DNA of 64,000 nt from Sphyrna mokarran (GCA_024679065.1 JAGIQG010000026.1:31992001-32056000); one strand, 5' to 3'. Positions 1 to 12,659 are shown, numbered from the stretch's first letter. The notes: generated from the sequence alone by a model not told the origin. A program made the numbers and translations.

Positions 1-94
1 AGTAATTCTTTGTCCTATTCCAAGCACTTTTCACGATGCTGACTAGATATTTTGACACTTGGATTTCATAATTTAGGTGATTCAAAGCTAGGGC

Positions 95-275
95 CTTGCT
101 TGCTCCAAAAACCAAGTCAAATTCAAATTGAATCCAATTCATAGTCCCTAGACACACAAATCCAAACTGACAAGAAAAAGCATTGCACCTGATCTTGAGC
201 TTGATTAATCAATCTTTTGGGTTTGATTATGACCAATCCTTTGGGTCCTTGATCTTAGCTAAAAGGCTGAGAATC
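95..275 (-). repeat. Degenerate U2 snRNA-headed repeat (U2 5' fragment plus U2 Sm-site/stem-loop III-like motif)
   Basis: Minus strand 273-248 reads TTCTCAGCCTTTTAGCTAAGATCAAG vs U2 TTCTCGGCCTTTTGGCTAAGATCAAG; minus TTTTTGGAGCAAG near 99-111 resembles U2 ATTTTTGGAGCAGG. Confidence 0.55.
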
Positions 276-399
276 ATCTCACACGTTTAGTCATTCTTAT
301 ATTTTCACTTACTTGAAATGATTCTTAATAATCCATTGAATTTTATTGGAAGAGTCTGTGTGTGATTAGTAGGTGATTAAAAACCCTATTTGTGACATT

Positions 400-575
400 C
401 AGTAGGATTGGTTGCTCAAAAGAGATGTCAAAAAAGAGGTGTAGGATTGATTGTTCTATTATGTGAATTTCAAGTGGTTAGTTTAACAAAGTGCCCTCAC
501 AAGCTGATACGATCAGGTGTATAAAAGCATTGCATATGCAACTGATTGGAAGGCAAACCAAGTTTGTGGAAAGTA
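400..575 (+). promoter_or_regulatory. Putative perilipin core promoter and short non-coding first exon
   Basis: TATAAAAG at 520-527; inverted CCAAT boxes (GATTGG at 406-411 and 544-549); candidate donor AA|GTAAGG at 573 (alternative CAG|GTGGG at 612) upstream of the ATG-containing exon. Confidence 0.45.
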
Positions 576-819
576 AGGGTGTTTTAGTGGCTTTGATTCA
601 GTGAAGGGCAGGTGGGGAAAACTGAAGGCTAGCTTTAATATTGTTAAATTTCTGCTATATTGAGGCTTTTTTAAAATATGTTGTTATTATTCTGATGTTA
701 GGGACATCGTAAATCAGTTTATTTAAACTTCTAGATTGTAGCCATTTTGGAAGATTGGAGTTGCAGTAAATTGAGAAATGGTTATCTCTTTCTTTCTAAG
801 TAGATTTCTGCAGCTCACC

Positions 820-882
820 ATGGCATCAACAACAGCAAATGTTACCAACATGACAGAGGGCCAAGAAAATGGAAGCCAACAG
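820..882 (+). CDS. Perilipin coding exon 1 ([21 protein letters not shown])
   Basis: Kozak CACCATGG at 820, pyrimidine tract upstream, CAG|GTACAG donor, phase 0. Confidence 0.8.
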
Positions 883-3800
883 GTACAGCCTATGTAGAGC
901 AAGTATTTACTTGTCTAATCTGTCAGTAAAGCTGTTTCTAAGTAGAAGCATGTTAACAAAATTGCAATGCTAGTTTCAGTAATGATCAATTCTTGATCTT
1001 CCTAAGGTGTATAAGCTGACTAACTTCTACAAAATTGATTCTATTGGTAGCCCCACAATCTTCTGCCTGATTACAAAGACCAAAAACTACAACACAAGGA
1101 CAGGCCCTTTGTCCCTTCAAACATGCATAGACCATGCTGCCTGACTTAACTAAAAGCTTCTTTGCTTACAAGGACTGTATCCCTCTATTCACATCTTAAT
1201 CATATACTTGTCAAGATGCCCCTTTAAAAATTGTTAATATATCCACTTCCACTACCTCCCTGGCCCACCACATTTTTTAAAAAAAAATCTATCTTGTACA
1301 TCTCTCAACTTGCACCTTAAACCTATTTTCCCTAGTAACTGACCCTTCTGTTTCAAAAAGCTTGTGACTATCCACTCTGTCCATGCCCCTCATAGTCTTG
1401 TAGACTTCTATTAGGTCTCCCCTCAACCTCTGTTGCTCCAGAGAGAACAGACCAAGTTTCTCTAACCTCTAATCATAGCTAATGCTCTCTATACCTGGTA
1501 AATTTTTTTCAGTACCCTTTCCAAAGCCTCCACTCCCTTGTGGTAGTGTGGTGAATTGAACACCTATATTCCAAGTGTGGCTTAACTTGAGATCCTATAA
1601 AATGTCAACATGGCTTTCCAATTTTTAAACTCATAACCAGGCTGATTGAAGGCAAGAATGCTGTATGTCTTCTAGACAACTATCCTCTCCACCTGCATTG
1701 TCACTTTTGGTGATAATACCCTCCCTGTGTTTAAAGAAACAATAACTGCAGCTGTGTAACTCACTAAATTGTGTAATTGTCTTGGTAAGTTGGGACTGTT
1801 GGCAGTCAGTTGTTTTAACTATAGCAAGATCACTAGGAAGGTGGTATTTGAGTGCACTAGTAATCCAAGAAATATTCTGGAGACCTGAGTTTGAACCTTC
1901 CATGATAGATGGTAAAATGTCTGGAGTTAACACATCAGCTAGAGTCAGAAGTTTACAACATGGAAACAGACCATTCAGCCTAATTTGTCAATGCTGTCTT
2001 TTCAACTAAACTAGTCCCAATTGCCTGCATTTGGCCCATATCTCTATTCATGTGACTAAATGCTTTTAAAAGACAACTTTACCAACTACTACCTCTGGCA
2101 GTTTGCACACCCACCTGCCTCTGGTGGTGGGGAAGGGTGGAATTGCCCCTCTGAACCATCTTATCTCCCCTCACCTTAAACCTATGGCCACTAGTTTTAG
2201 TCTGCCCTATCTTTGGGGGGAAAAATGAACCTTGTCTATGCCCTGATTATCTTGGATCTCAAAGTCTCCTACGCTCTAGAGAAAAAAGTCCCAGCCTCTA
2301 TGACTCAAACCAAGTACCAGTAGTACATATCTCATGAACTTTTAGTTTTAATAATATCTTTCCTAATGGTTTTAAAACCTGTCTAGTTCACTAATGTCCT
2401 TTTAGGGAAGCAAACATGACATCCTGGTCTGCATGTAACTCCAGAACCACAGTAACATAATTGACTCTAAATGCCCTTGGAGATGGGTAATAAATACTGG
2501 CCAAGCCAGTGCTGTCCTTCCATGAATGCATTAAAAAGACTTGTTTGATGTCCTGCCTTGCTTTCAGAATTGAATAGTGGTGATTCATCCTTTTGCAAAA
2601 AGTTATTTTTCCAAGTGATAGCTGCTTTAAAAATCCTGGCTAGGTTTCTGCTAAATGGTGAAATCATTAACTCAAGCCGAAGTTAATTTTAACAACACTA
2701 TCTTTCAGAATGTGGTTGATAGAATGACAAATCTGCCACTTGTGAGCTCTGCATGTGAGCAAGTATCTGTTGCATATGTGAGCACCAAGGAGAGCTCTCC
2801 TGCTGTGAAGACCATCTGTGATATGGCCGAACAGGGAGTGAAGACTATCTCTACTGCAGTAGCTGCTGGTGCTAAACCAATTCTCGACAAGCTGGAACCT
2901 CAAAGTAAGATGAGTTGGGGTTTTGGAGATACAAGAATTGCTGTCCAAATATTGCACCACAAAGTAGTATAATGAGTGTGCAGTTGTTAATGACCACATT
3001 CTTTCCTAAACTCTAGAATGTTTCTAACTAAGCTACTGGACTGTTTTGAGAAATTTAGCTTTAACTACCTGGTCGTGACATTGCAACTGAGTAGACTGAC
3101 TTAATGGCCTGTCAATATTGTACACTTTTGTAAATGTTTCTTGAAGGATTTAATTTCGGGGTACATTTTGCTTAAATAAAGCAGACTGTTTGTTTAAAGT
3201 CACTAGTTCTTGACTCTAGATATTAAGTCAAGTGATACATGGGACAGCACTCTTGGCCAAACTGGTGCTAACCAGCATGGAAGACTATATTCCTTATTAA
3301 TCCAAGAGCAATCTATTAATAACATTGATTATATTCTACATTCAGTTGCAGCAGCTAATGAATATGCCTGCAAAGGTTTGGATAAGTTGGAGGAGAAACT
3401 TCCAATCCTTCATCAAGCTACAGATCAGGTTAGTGCATGATTCAACAGAGGGGAAAATACTGCTCCATAAGAGCTGAGTCAATCTCCCTTCACTATTTTG
3501 GCATCATTTGGGTAGATTTAACATTATTAATGTTAAATCAGCTCTTTTTGAATGGCAGTGCCCCTGGTGCCAAGACATCTTGGCTTCTAGTAAAAGATAA
3601 AAAACAGGTTCTAGATTTTGAATCTATGGCAATTGCTTAAGATGACAAGTGTTCTTAATTGAAGGGAAAGTAAACTTCTTGCCCTATTACAGGTACTTGC
3701 TGAAACCAAGGAGCTTGTGACATCTAAGATGACTGATGTTAAAGAAGCAGTGATGGAGGTTGTTGACACTACAACCACTGCAGTACAAGGCAACCTGGAG

Positions 3801-6351
3801 AAAACTAAAGCTGCTGTAGGTCAACTTGTGGCTACTGGTGTGGATATTTCTCTCCTCAAATCTGAAGAGCTGGTTGATCACTACCTTCCTATGACCAAAG
3901 AAGAACTAGGTAATAGTTATAGAAATGTCTATTGGCTAGCCTAACATCAGATTGAGAATTGATCTAATAAATATATATTTTCCAGAAACCCTTGGGGCAT
4001 TTGGGTTTTCTGCTATCTCTCTATTGGCTTTGCAATATCTCATTAGCTGAAATCCCCAGTGGGAGAAAAGTAGTTACAACATCAAGACATTCACTTTTTT
4101 TCAGCTGAACTAGCTGCTTCCGCTGAAGGCTCTGACTCTGCAGCAGCACAACAGCAGAGTTATTATGTACGTTTGGGATCTTTATCATCTAAGGTTCGTA
4201 ATCGTGCGTACCAGTATTCCATCACCAAGATGCATAGAACTAAGCAGAATGGCCAGGAGACACTTTCTCATCTCCACAATCTTGTAAACCTGGTAAGAAA
4301 ATAAGAGACTTCTAGATGTTAGTTGTACTCTTTGGATCAATATTGTGAAGTGATCAATTCCTGGATGTTTGCTTTTATGATGCCTGAAAGCTTCCCCCAT
4401 CCCACTGGATATGTTCACAAAATTTACTTCACCTAAGAACACTTCATCCCTGGAATATTTGATATTAATTCACTCTGTTCCAACAATTCTGTAAATTGTC
4501 CTTTTTTAGATTGAGACAGCAAAAAGAAACACCGAATCTGCACACCTAAAACTTGAGGATGTTCAAGCAACTTTGCATCAGATCATTTCTGAATGGAGAA
4601 AACAACAACCTGAGCAAGGTCAAGCAAAAGGGGAATTGTCTGAAAAATCTGAAGTAAGTGCTTCAGTATAGACATTCTATAATGTATCTGTTTCCGTCTT
4701 CATCACTCAGCATTTTCTTTTGTGAAGAATTGATTTTGCTACCTGAAACCATTGGCTAGTCTGACCTGACCTCAATTGCCTACTTGTGACCCTGTTCACC
4801 CTTGTGACTCTTGTTATTGACACTCGCCCCTACCTGTAACACTTCACCCCTTGGAATCTATTTAACTCAGATTGGCATTTTCTTCAGATCTTTTAATGCA
4901 AAAAGATACACTCAGAATTAAGTGAATGATCCTTTGCCAGAGCTCTAAATTGTCCACAGAACATCCTGCATATCCAACATCCATCATAGGATGGACATTA
5001 AATCAACTGGTCTGTATTTGTCACCTTTTTCCTGCTCAAATTTCCTGAAATGCCTGGAGACCCATTCTGCTCCATCAAACAAGGCAAAATTCAGTCATAG
5101 ACCCTTGCCACCATTCCACTATATTAGAAAGTGGACATGTCTTGCCATACAGAAACTTTTTTTGTGGAGTAAACACAGGCAAGTATTGTAATTACAGTTG
5201 AGGTGACCTGAAGATCTGGTTAATACATAGTAGGCAGGGAATTGGTTGGTATATCCATGTTTACAACATGGAAACAGGCCCTTCAGCCCAACTTGTTCAT
5301 GTCAGTTTTAACTATGAACTAGTCCCAATTGCCCATAATCCCTCTTTGTCCACTTAACTCTAAAGATGAGAATTGTACCCACCTCCATCTGGCAGTTCAT
5401 TCCAGCTACACTGGAGGAGAGGGGGAAATGCCCCCTCTGGACTCTTGTACTTCCCTACATCCTTCTAGTTTTAGACTCCATCTTTGGGGTGAGGGAAGAA
5501 TGATTATCTATACACCCATTACTTTATTGACTTTAAGACCACCATCCTTAAGTCTCCTACATACCAGGGAGAAAATCCAAGTCTCAACTCAAACCAAATC
5601 TAGTAGCATCCTAGCAAATGCTTTCTGCACTTTCTTTCTAACTTAGTCTTGCTATAATTGCATGACTAGAACTGTACACATTCCAACTGTAGCATTACCA
5701 CCTTGAACAACCTCAAGCCATCACAACTGTGTTCAATATTCTGATGCTAAATGCATCATCTGTGGCTCTACTTTCAAGGAGCTATGAAGTCATACTCCTA
5801 GATCTTTGTTCTGTAACTCTCTCCAGTGTCCTATCATTAACTGATTTTAAATGATTTCAGACCTTTATACCTCTGACTTCTCTGACAACTTAAATTCCTA
5901 AATTATAAATGCAAACAATTTTTATAGCCTTTTCTGTTCCTTTCTACTCTACAATGGGCTGAAATGAGATTGGACTAAAGTAATTTCTTTATTTCAGCAA
6001 CTTGAATCTGAAACACTGGCTGTGACTCAGAATTTCTCTGAGCGACTCCAAACCATCTGCCAAACGCTGGTTTCAAATGTTCGTGGTGTGCCTCAGAATA
6101 TTGAGGATCAAGTGCAGCATGTGTGTAAACTGGCAGAAGAGATCTACAGCACTCTCTCATCAGCCACCTCCTTCCAAGATCTCTCCACACAATTCCTGAC
6201 CCAGAGTAAAGAGCAAATGCTGAAAATCAGTGAGGGACTGGATGGGGTGATGGATTACCTGCTTCACAACACCCCTCTTAACTGGCTGGTGGGACCCTTC
6301 ATCCCCCAGGTCACTGAAAAACAGGAGCAGGTTTCCACTGAAATGCAGTAA
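820..6351 (+). CDS. Perilipin family protein (perilipin-2/perilipin-3-like), complete spliced CDS, 414 aa
   Basis: Exons 820-882, 2709-2904, 3346-3428, 3693-3909, 4105-4292, 4510-4653, 5998-6351; all GT-AG with compatible phases, 1245 nt total. PAT-domain motifs [54 protein letters not shown] and C-terminal [11 protein letters not shown]. Confidence 0.95.
1085..1720 (-). mobile_element. Degenerate CR1 LINE 3' fragment (perilipin intron)
   Basis: Reverse-complement CR1 3' end motifs (acaggcccttt..., cttctattaggtctcccctcaacct..., tattccaagtgtggc). Confidence 0.7.
1840..2540 (+). mobile_element. DeuSINE/SacSINE1-like SINE interrupted by an antisense CR1 fragment (about 1950-2360)
   Basis: Head ctagtaatcc...tttgaacc at 1857-1897; body gttcactaatgtccttttagggaag...actccagaaccacag...tgactctaaatgccct at 2386-2530. 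Confidence 0.6.
2709..2904 (+). CDS. Perilipin coding exon 2 (PAT domain)
   Basis: tctttcag acceptor; [15 protein letters not shown]...PILDKLEPQ; A|gtaaga donor, phase 1. Confidence 0.95.
3346..3428 (+). CDS. Perilipin coding exon 3
   Basis: ttcag acceptor; [27 protein letters not shown]; |gttagt donor. Confidence 0.95.
3693..3909 (+). CDS. Perilipin coding exon 4 (11-mer amphipathic repeat region)
   Basis: ttacag acceptor; [20 protein letters not shown]...[17 protein letters not shown]; G|gtaata donor. Confidence 0.93.
4105..4292 (+). CDS. Perilipin coding exon 5
   Basis: ttttttcag acceptor; ...[24 protein letters not shown]...LHNLVNL; |gtaaga donor. Confidence 0.95.
4510..4653 (+). CDS. 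Perilipin coding exon 6
   Basis: ttttttag acceptor; [31 protein letters not shown]...SE; |gtaagt donor. Confidence 0.9.
5255..5850 (-). mobile_element. Degenerate CR1 LINE 3' fragment
   Basis: acaacatggaaacaggcccttcagcccaacttgttcatg is the reverse of the CR1/HE1 3' tail, followed by reversed RT-coding remnants. Confidence 0.7.
5998..6351 (+). CDS. Perilipin last coding exon (four-helix bundle end)
   Basis: atttcag acceptor; [11 protein letters not shown]...[22 protein letters not shown]...TAA. Confidence 0.95.
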   Translation, partial: QLESETLAVTQNFSERLQTICQTLVSNVRGVPQNIEDQVQHVCKLAEEIYSTLSSATSFQDLSTQFLTQSKEQMLKISEGLDGVMDYLLHNTPLNWLVGPFIPQVTEKQEQVSTEMQ

Positions 6352-6469
6352 TCTGCTATTGATGTAATTTAATAGGTTGTGGAGTTTCATTGCTAATCTA
6401 AAATTGTTACTAATTGTAAAACACTGGAGCCATAAATGCATCTTTAGTGGCAACTTAAACTATATTTGT

Positions 6470-6475
6470 AATAAA
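6470..6475 (+). terminator. Candidate perilipin polyadenylation signal
   Basis: AATAAA about 120 nt after the stop codon; second AATAAA at 6598-6603. Confidence 0.55.
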
Positions 6476-9243
6476 CAATGCATATTCAAAAGCAATTTGG
6501 CACTTAACTCTTATTTACATGGTAGCAGTGTGTGACCACAAGGGAATTTCTGTCTATAACTTTGCTATCCTATTTCACTTTAGTACCATCTGTGCATAAT
6601 AAATTAATATAAGCCTTTAACATTTTAGCTCAGTACACATTTGAGGTTTACATGCTAAATCGGTGTAAATGCTTAGCTGAAGACTTCTACATTGTAGAAT
6701 TTAGACTAATTTGGGGAGAGAATACTTACTTTCAGGCAGTACCACAGGAGGGACAAACTATCATAGCACAACTAACCAGAATGTTGTAGCAATTCTTCTA
6801 ATGCTGGAAGATTTCAACAAATCTGGGGAGAATAGCATTCTCTGCCAAAAGCAGATATGGGTATAGTTCAGTAAACTTAGCCTCCTTCAAGGAGGGGGCA
6901 AGTGTCTTGTGTTGTAACTGGCCTCCATTATAAATCATTGCCTCTGCATGAGGGCTGAATACCTAACATCAAGTCACTAGCTTACCCTGAGATTGTTGAA
7001 GGGAACTAAAGGTTGTCCAATTTTAGGTAAGTATATTTGATTTTTGTGTGGTTATTTTGGTACCATATTGTTATGTCAAATGATGTCTTTTCTGACAATG
7101 TAGGCATGAGCCTCTTGTGTATATTCAGTGAAGCATAATTATAGTTTAGAAACCTGTATTTGAAGAATTTAATACTGACCCAGTAGAAAGTCCATTTTGG
7201 AAATAATCCTGCAATTTTTGGCACTTAACAGGACTGGCACAAGTGGTTTCTTCCCCCTCAACATGTCAAAGATTTGTTCAGCTTGTACATGATAGCTACC
7301 AGTTGGCAGTTCTGTAAATAGAAACCTGATGCTCTCTAATAGAGCTGTGAAATTCAGTTATTGGTACTTCTGCATGCAGTCTTTGCCTTAACTGGTCAAA
7401 GCACAATCTCCTTAAATAAGGATTTAAAAGTAGCAGCTGTTTCATAAATTGGTAATTGCAGCTTGTAAACACTCATATCTACCAAGAGAAATAGGGAGAC
7501 CACCTGCCCTTGGGTCTTTAATAGTTATTTAACAAGCAGGTAGTTTTGAATAACTTCCTCTGAAGTTAACACTTGTGCACATATAGTATTATATGCTCCT
7601 TCAAGTTCTGGAGCAAAGCTTCAACTTGGCTTCCTGTCACAAACAATCCTGATACAGGTATGGGTTCCGGAACTGAAAGTTATTTGGGTTGGCATATAAT
7701 CTCTTTGGAATATTGTGTAAAAGCCCAATAAGGAACCCAGTCTGATCATGTATAAACAAACAATTATTAAAGAGTATTTAACTGGCAAACATGCACAATG
7801 AAAGGGATTAAATGCTCAAGACAGTTACATGAATAACAAACATTATGTATGTTTCAAAATATTACCTATGATCCTGAACTCACTAAGACTACTTTTCCCA
7901 GATGTCCAAATTAAATCATTCTATAGTTACCATACAATAGAGGGCTGGTTCAAGTTGGGGAAATCCTTTTATTCAACAAAGATATTTAAAATTGCCTTTA
8001 TTCACTTTTCTGTGATGTCTTAACTCTAAGATGAGGATACAACATTAACATCTCAGAAGTAAACAATATCATAGGACCCCTTTAGCTACAAAATGGGTCC
8101 TAGTCTCCTGGTGAATGCTGGACTAGTGTAGACTGGCCTGTCTCTTTCTGAGATAAGATGGCAATTGAGGGGATGGTCTATTTTTACTGTTTCCTTTTTG
8201 TTTCAAATTCAAGTGTTGGCTGTCTACAGATCTCATTGTTCCCTCCTTGTGGAGTTAAGGATTTCTGTAACCTGTTTCTGCCTGATGAGCATATTTCTAT
8301 AGCAGTCATCTAAGTAACCTGTTTCTACTCTTAGAGCAATTCACACCTGATCATCTTTAGATGCTATCATGCCTTTGGAATGTACTTTTAGAGGCTTGTC
8401 TGCCCCTGGAAATGCTGGGCAGTTGCTAGGCAGATTTGTATCTTTCAGGCCTTTTTAAAAAAAGTTGTTCCTGTTGCCAGGCAGGTTCCTGAAATTCCAA
8501 AAAATATTACCAACTAGATTTGAGGAATGGATGTACAACTAAACCTTGAGACAAAGTTTGTTCATGTAAAATTTTACATTTGAAGGTAATGAGAGAAGAC
8601 TTTTTAACCATAGAAGTTTAGTACTGAATTAATCTTTATTTATGTTAATGGCATTTAAAACTACAGGTTAAATGGCAACAACTTGAGAGCAGAATGGCTC
8701 CAAAAGGGTCAATATAGTTGTTGAGGATTACAGTTGCCCACGGATGACTATTAAACCAAGTATCCAGTGCTAATTCTGAAGGTTAGTTATTTTACAGAAC
8801 TTCAATTTCCATCAGTAAATTTTAACTATAGAGAATTGAGCACATTTCATCTGTTTTGTGTATTGAAGCCTAATATAGTAACTGTTAATCTGTTAAAATC
8901 TAAAGATTTCTCTCCCATGCTGCTCCAAACTTTATTTTTAGCTTCACCAATGCAGGAGTGGAATTTGAGTTTAGCATCATTATTTTTTATGACCGTATGT
9001 GCTTCTATTTGTGGGAACACCAAAAATCAAATTAAAAGCAGGATTTTTTTTTTGCTATTATCTCACAACCCTAGCAGTTTTGCAAGGTAACAGAATATAT
9101 ATTTCACTTTGCTGCCTTGGTTCAAAGTGTTGGCGGGGGGGGGGGGGGAGGTGTGGCAGTTGAAGCAACAGTGACTATCAAATTACAATGTTTTCAATCC
9201 CTGAAGAATTTTAAAAAGCTTCATGTTAGCTGCATTTAAACAT

Positions 9244-9509
9244 GGGCGGCCTGGTGGCACAGTGGTTAGCACTGCTGCCTCACAATGCCAGGGAACTGGA
9301 TTCAATTTCTGATCTGCTGTCTGTGTGGGTTTCCTCCATGTGCTCTGGTTTCCTCCCACAGTCTAAAAGATGTGCTGGTTAGGTGCATTGGCCATGGTAA
9401 ATTCTCACTCTGATGCTCATTTGGACACTGAGGATGGCGAATAGGGGATTTTCACAGTAACTTCAATGTAGTATTAATTTAACTTGTGACGAATAAATAA
9501 AACTTTAAA
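9244..9509 (+). mobile_element. tRNA-derived SINE (HE1/V-SINE-like)
   Basis: Head ggtggcacagtggttagcactgctgcctcac; central tttcctcccacagtc; tail aataaataaaactttaaac. Confidence 0.8.
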
Positions 9510-9661
9510 CAGACATTATGCAAGAACATGTATCACCTTTGATTATACAACATTTTATGTTGTATTTTCATTTCGTAGAAAATGACTGAGTTGCCTACAA
9601 TTGTTCAGTGGATAATGTATCTTTCAAAACAAGGAATTCAATGCATCAACAGGAATGAATT

Positions 9662-9930
9662 ATAGAATCCCTACAGTGCAGAAGGAGACCATTCAGCCCA
9701 TCAAGCCTGCACTGACAACCATTCCAGCCAGGCCCTATCCCTATAACTCCATGTACTTAGTGTTCATTCCCTGACACTAATTAGCATGGTCAATTAGTCT
9801 AACCTGCAAATTTTTGGAGTATGGGAGAAAACCCATCCAGACACAGAATGTGCAGACTCCACACAGACCCGAACCAGGGTCCCTGACACTGTGAGGTGGC
9901 ATTGCTAACCATGGTGCCATCACGCCACCC
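9662..9930 (-). mobile_element. tRNA-derived SINE (HE1-like, CR1-type tail)
   Basis: Reverse-complement SINE head at about 9890-9930; tail atagaatccctacagtgcagaagg. Confidence 0.75.
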
Positions 9931-10344
9931 TAAACTGCTCAAGAGCCTCAAATTTCTAGGTGTCCAGATCACTAACAACCTGTGCTGGTTCTTCCATGCT
10001 GAAGCTGCAGTTAATAAAGCCACCAACTCCTCTACTTTCTCAGGAAGTTTGTGACACTAATAAATAAACTTTAACCTGTTAACTAGCAATGTAGACATGT
10101 TGACAGGTCAATGTCACTGCTGCTCATTTTTTATTAAACTGAGGCATACCAATCAATGTATCTTTGACTTTACTAAATACTTTGGCCGTATTCTTTGACA
10201 TGCAACCCATAATATTCAAACCAGCATCTGTTAAATGGCTGCTGGTTAGACTGCCCACGTTTCTGGCAGAAGGGCAAGCTTAGAGAGCACTTATGTAAGG
10301 AGTAACCTTGCTTTCATTAGAGCAACATTCAATATGTACAGATC

Positions 10345-10855
10345 TGGGCACCCTAAAGAAAGAATAAATATCATAAACTAGAAAGAGTGCAGAAAAGATT
10401 TACCAGAATGCTACCTGGACTTGATGGTTTGAATTATAAGAAGCTGGATAGACTGGGACTTTCTTCTTTGGAGCGTAGAAGGCTGAGGAGTGATCTTATA
10501 GAGGTCTGTAAAATAATGAGAGGCACAGATAAGCTTGGTAATCAATTATTTTCTCAAAGGTAGGGGAGTCTAAAATTAGGGAGTGTAGATTTAAGCTGAG
10601 GGGGGAGGGATATAAAAGTGTCCAGAGAGGCAAATTTTTCACACAAGGTGATGTGTCTGGAACAAGCTGCCAGAAGTAGTAGTAGAGATGGATGCAATTT
10701 TGTCTTTTAAAAAACATTTAAACAATTACATGGGTATAGAGGGATATGGACCAAATGCAGGCAATTGGGATTTAGTTAGGGGTTTAAAAAAAAGGACGGC
10801 ATAGACATGTTGGGCTGAAGGGCCTGTTTCCATGCTGTAAACCTTTGCGGCTCTA
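10345..10855 (+). mobile_element. CR1 LINE 3' fragment
   Basis: agagtgcagaaaagatttaccagaatgctacctgg ([12 protein letters not shown]) through tail gttgggctgaagggcctgtttccatgctgta. Confidence 0.85.
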
Positions 10856-11486
10856 ATGCTTGCTGACTAGTGAACAACTAACCTAACTTTAAGGGCCAGG
10901 AATCTTTTGGTGCAGATTTTGTGCCAGTTCCTGTTTGGCACTTGATGGGCACACTGGGTATCACTTGGCAGAATGCTTCAAGTATGTACCCTCTGCATAA
11001 TTAAGCACTTTGAACAGCTGCTCCTGCATCATTGGCATCAGTTTTAAATTGGCCTTTTACAAGGGAATTTGTTGTTGAGTCCAGAACCCCTGGCCTGTTT
11101 CTGGCTACAGGCCAAATAATTATTAGCAACAAGGGCAATCTAAATTTAAACATGTATCTAGAACTCTGCTATCAAATCAACCCACTAGATATTTCACACA
11201 CTGATACAGCCTAGGGAATGGCTGTGCATTTTGCTCTTGCTGCAGCTAATAGTGTAACTATCCAATTAACACCAATTTCTGCACATACTCTCCTTAAAAA
11301 TCCCTTCAACTGTTAATCCAATGCTAGTATTGAATTTGATTCCTCCATTTTTTTAGGTAGTGGATTCTCTCACTTTGTTTTAAGCCTGCCTCGTGTTGCC
11401 TCTTGTTCAACAATCTGACTTTAACTGAAAACAGTTTTGCTTTGTTTACTTCATCAAAGCTCCAAAGGTGGAATTTTCCAGACCTA

Positions 11487-11765
11487 AGTTTATTTATTAG
11501 TGCCACAAATAGGCTTGCATTAATACCGCAATGAAGTTACTGTGAAAATCCCCTACTCACCTCAGTCCGGTGCCTGTATATTGAGGGAGCGTTTAGCATG
11601 GCCAACTAGCACATCTTTCAGACTGGGGAAAAAACCACAGCACCTGGAGGAAACACACACAGACATAGGGAGAACTTGCAAACTCCACACAGACTGTAAC
11701 CCAAGCCGCAAATTGAACCAGGGACCCCAGCACTGTGAGGCAGCAGTCCTAACGATTGTGCCACA
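11487..11765 (-). mobile_element. tRNA-derived SINE
   Basis: aagtttatttattagtgccaca...gtgaaaatcccc...cactgtgaggcagcagt...gtgccac is the reverse of the 9244 element. Confidence 0.8.
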
Positions 11766-12114
11766 ACTCCCCAGTTCTCTGCCAGTTGGGCAGGTGAGCA
11801 GTTGAAGAAGTGAACTGTATAAAATGCCATTGACTTTAGTGAGACAGAAAGATCATGCTAGTACTAATGGTGAGCTGTCATTGGAAAACATGCTGCAAGG
11901 GGGGCTGGAAAATTCCTGGCCTCTGATTTTGAGTGCCTCTATGAAATCTCCTCCCTCTCTGCTCCAAGGAGAACCATCCATATCCATTTCACTTAAATCC
12001 TTCAAACCTGGTTATATTCCTGTAAATCTTTTCTGCATCCTCTTCATGGCCTCAACGCTCTTCCTAAAGGAACTGGACCCAAATTGAACCATGTGAGATC
12101 TAACCAATTTTTAA

Positions 12115-12300
12115 AATTCTTTCATGGGATGTGGGCATCACTGACACAGCCAGCATTTATTGCCCATCCCTGATTGTCCTTGAACTGAGTGTTTCACATG
12201 TCATTTCAGACGGCATCTAAAAGGGCATTGCTGTGGGTCTGGAGTCGCATATAAGCCTGATCAATAAGGACGGCAGACTCCCTTCCCTGAAGGACATTAT
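12115..12300 (-). mobile_element. DeuSINE/SacSINE1-like 3' half
   Basis: ttcatgggatgtgggcatcactg...catttattgcccatccct...ctgtgggtctggagtc...ccttccctgaaggacatta. Confidence 0.65.
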
Positions 12301-12659
12301 TGAGAAAGGTTTAGCTAAGTTGCAATTCTACTCTTTCCAAATTAAAGTCAAAGGCTCCTATGTGCCTTTTAACTTGTCCTTTCACCTTCAAAGGTTTGTT
12401 TATGTGCATCCCTAACTGGGTCTGTCCTTTACTGCATCCTCTTTAGAATTATCATCTTAGTTTATGTTGCCTCTCTGCATCTTTCCTCAAAATGCACTAC
12501 TTCACACCAATTTTCATAAGTTGATGCCCTTCTTGAGTCTTACTGTCGGTTTCATTGCTTATTATATTTTGTGTGTTTTGTATTGTCTGCACATTTTTTT
12601 TTGAAGATTCAGAGTTACAGATCATCACAACATGTAGTAAACATCGAAACTAACCTTCA

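Noticed and set aside
598-626. Possible PPAR response element (DR1) near the perilipin first exon
   Set aside because: Half-site matches (TCAGTG-A-AGGGCA) are too degenerate to call from sequence alone
9244-9320. tRNA genes at the SINE heads
   Set aside because: They continue directly into SINE body and tail and lack an intact cloverleaf
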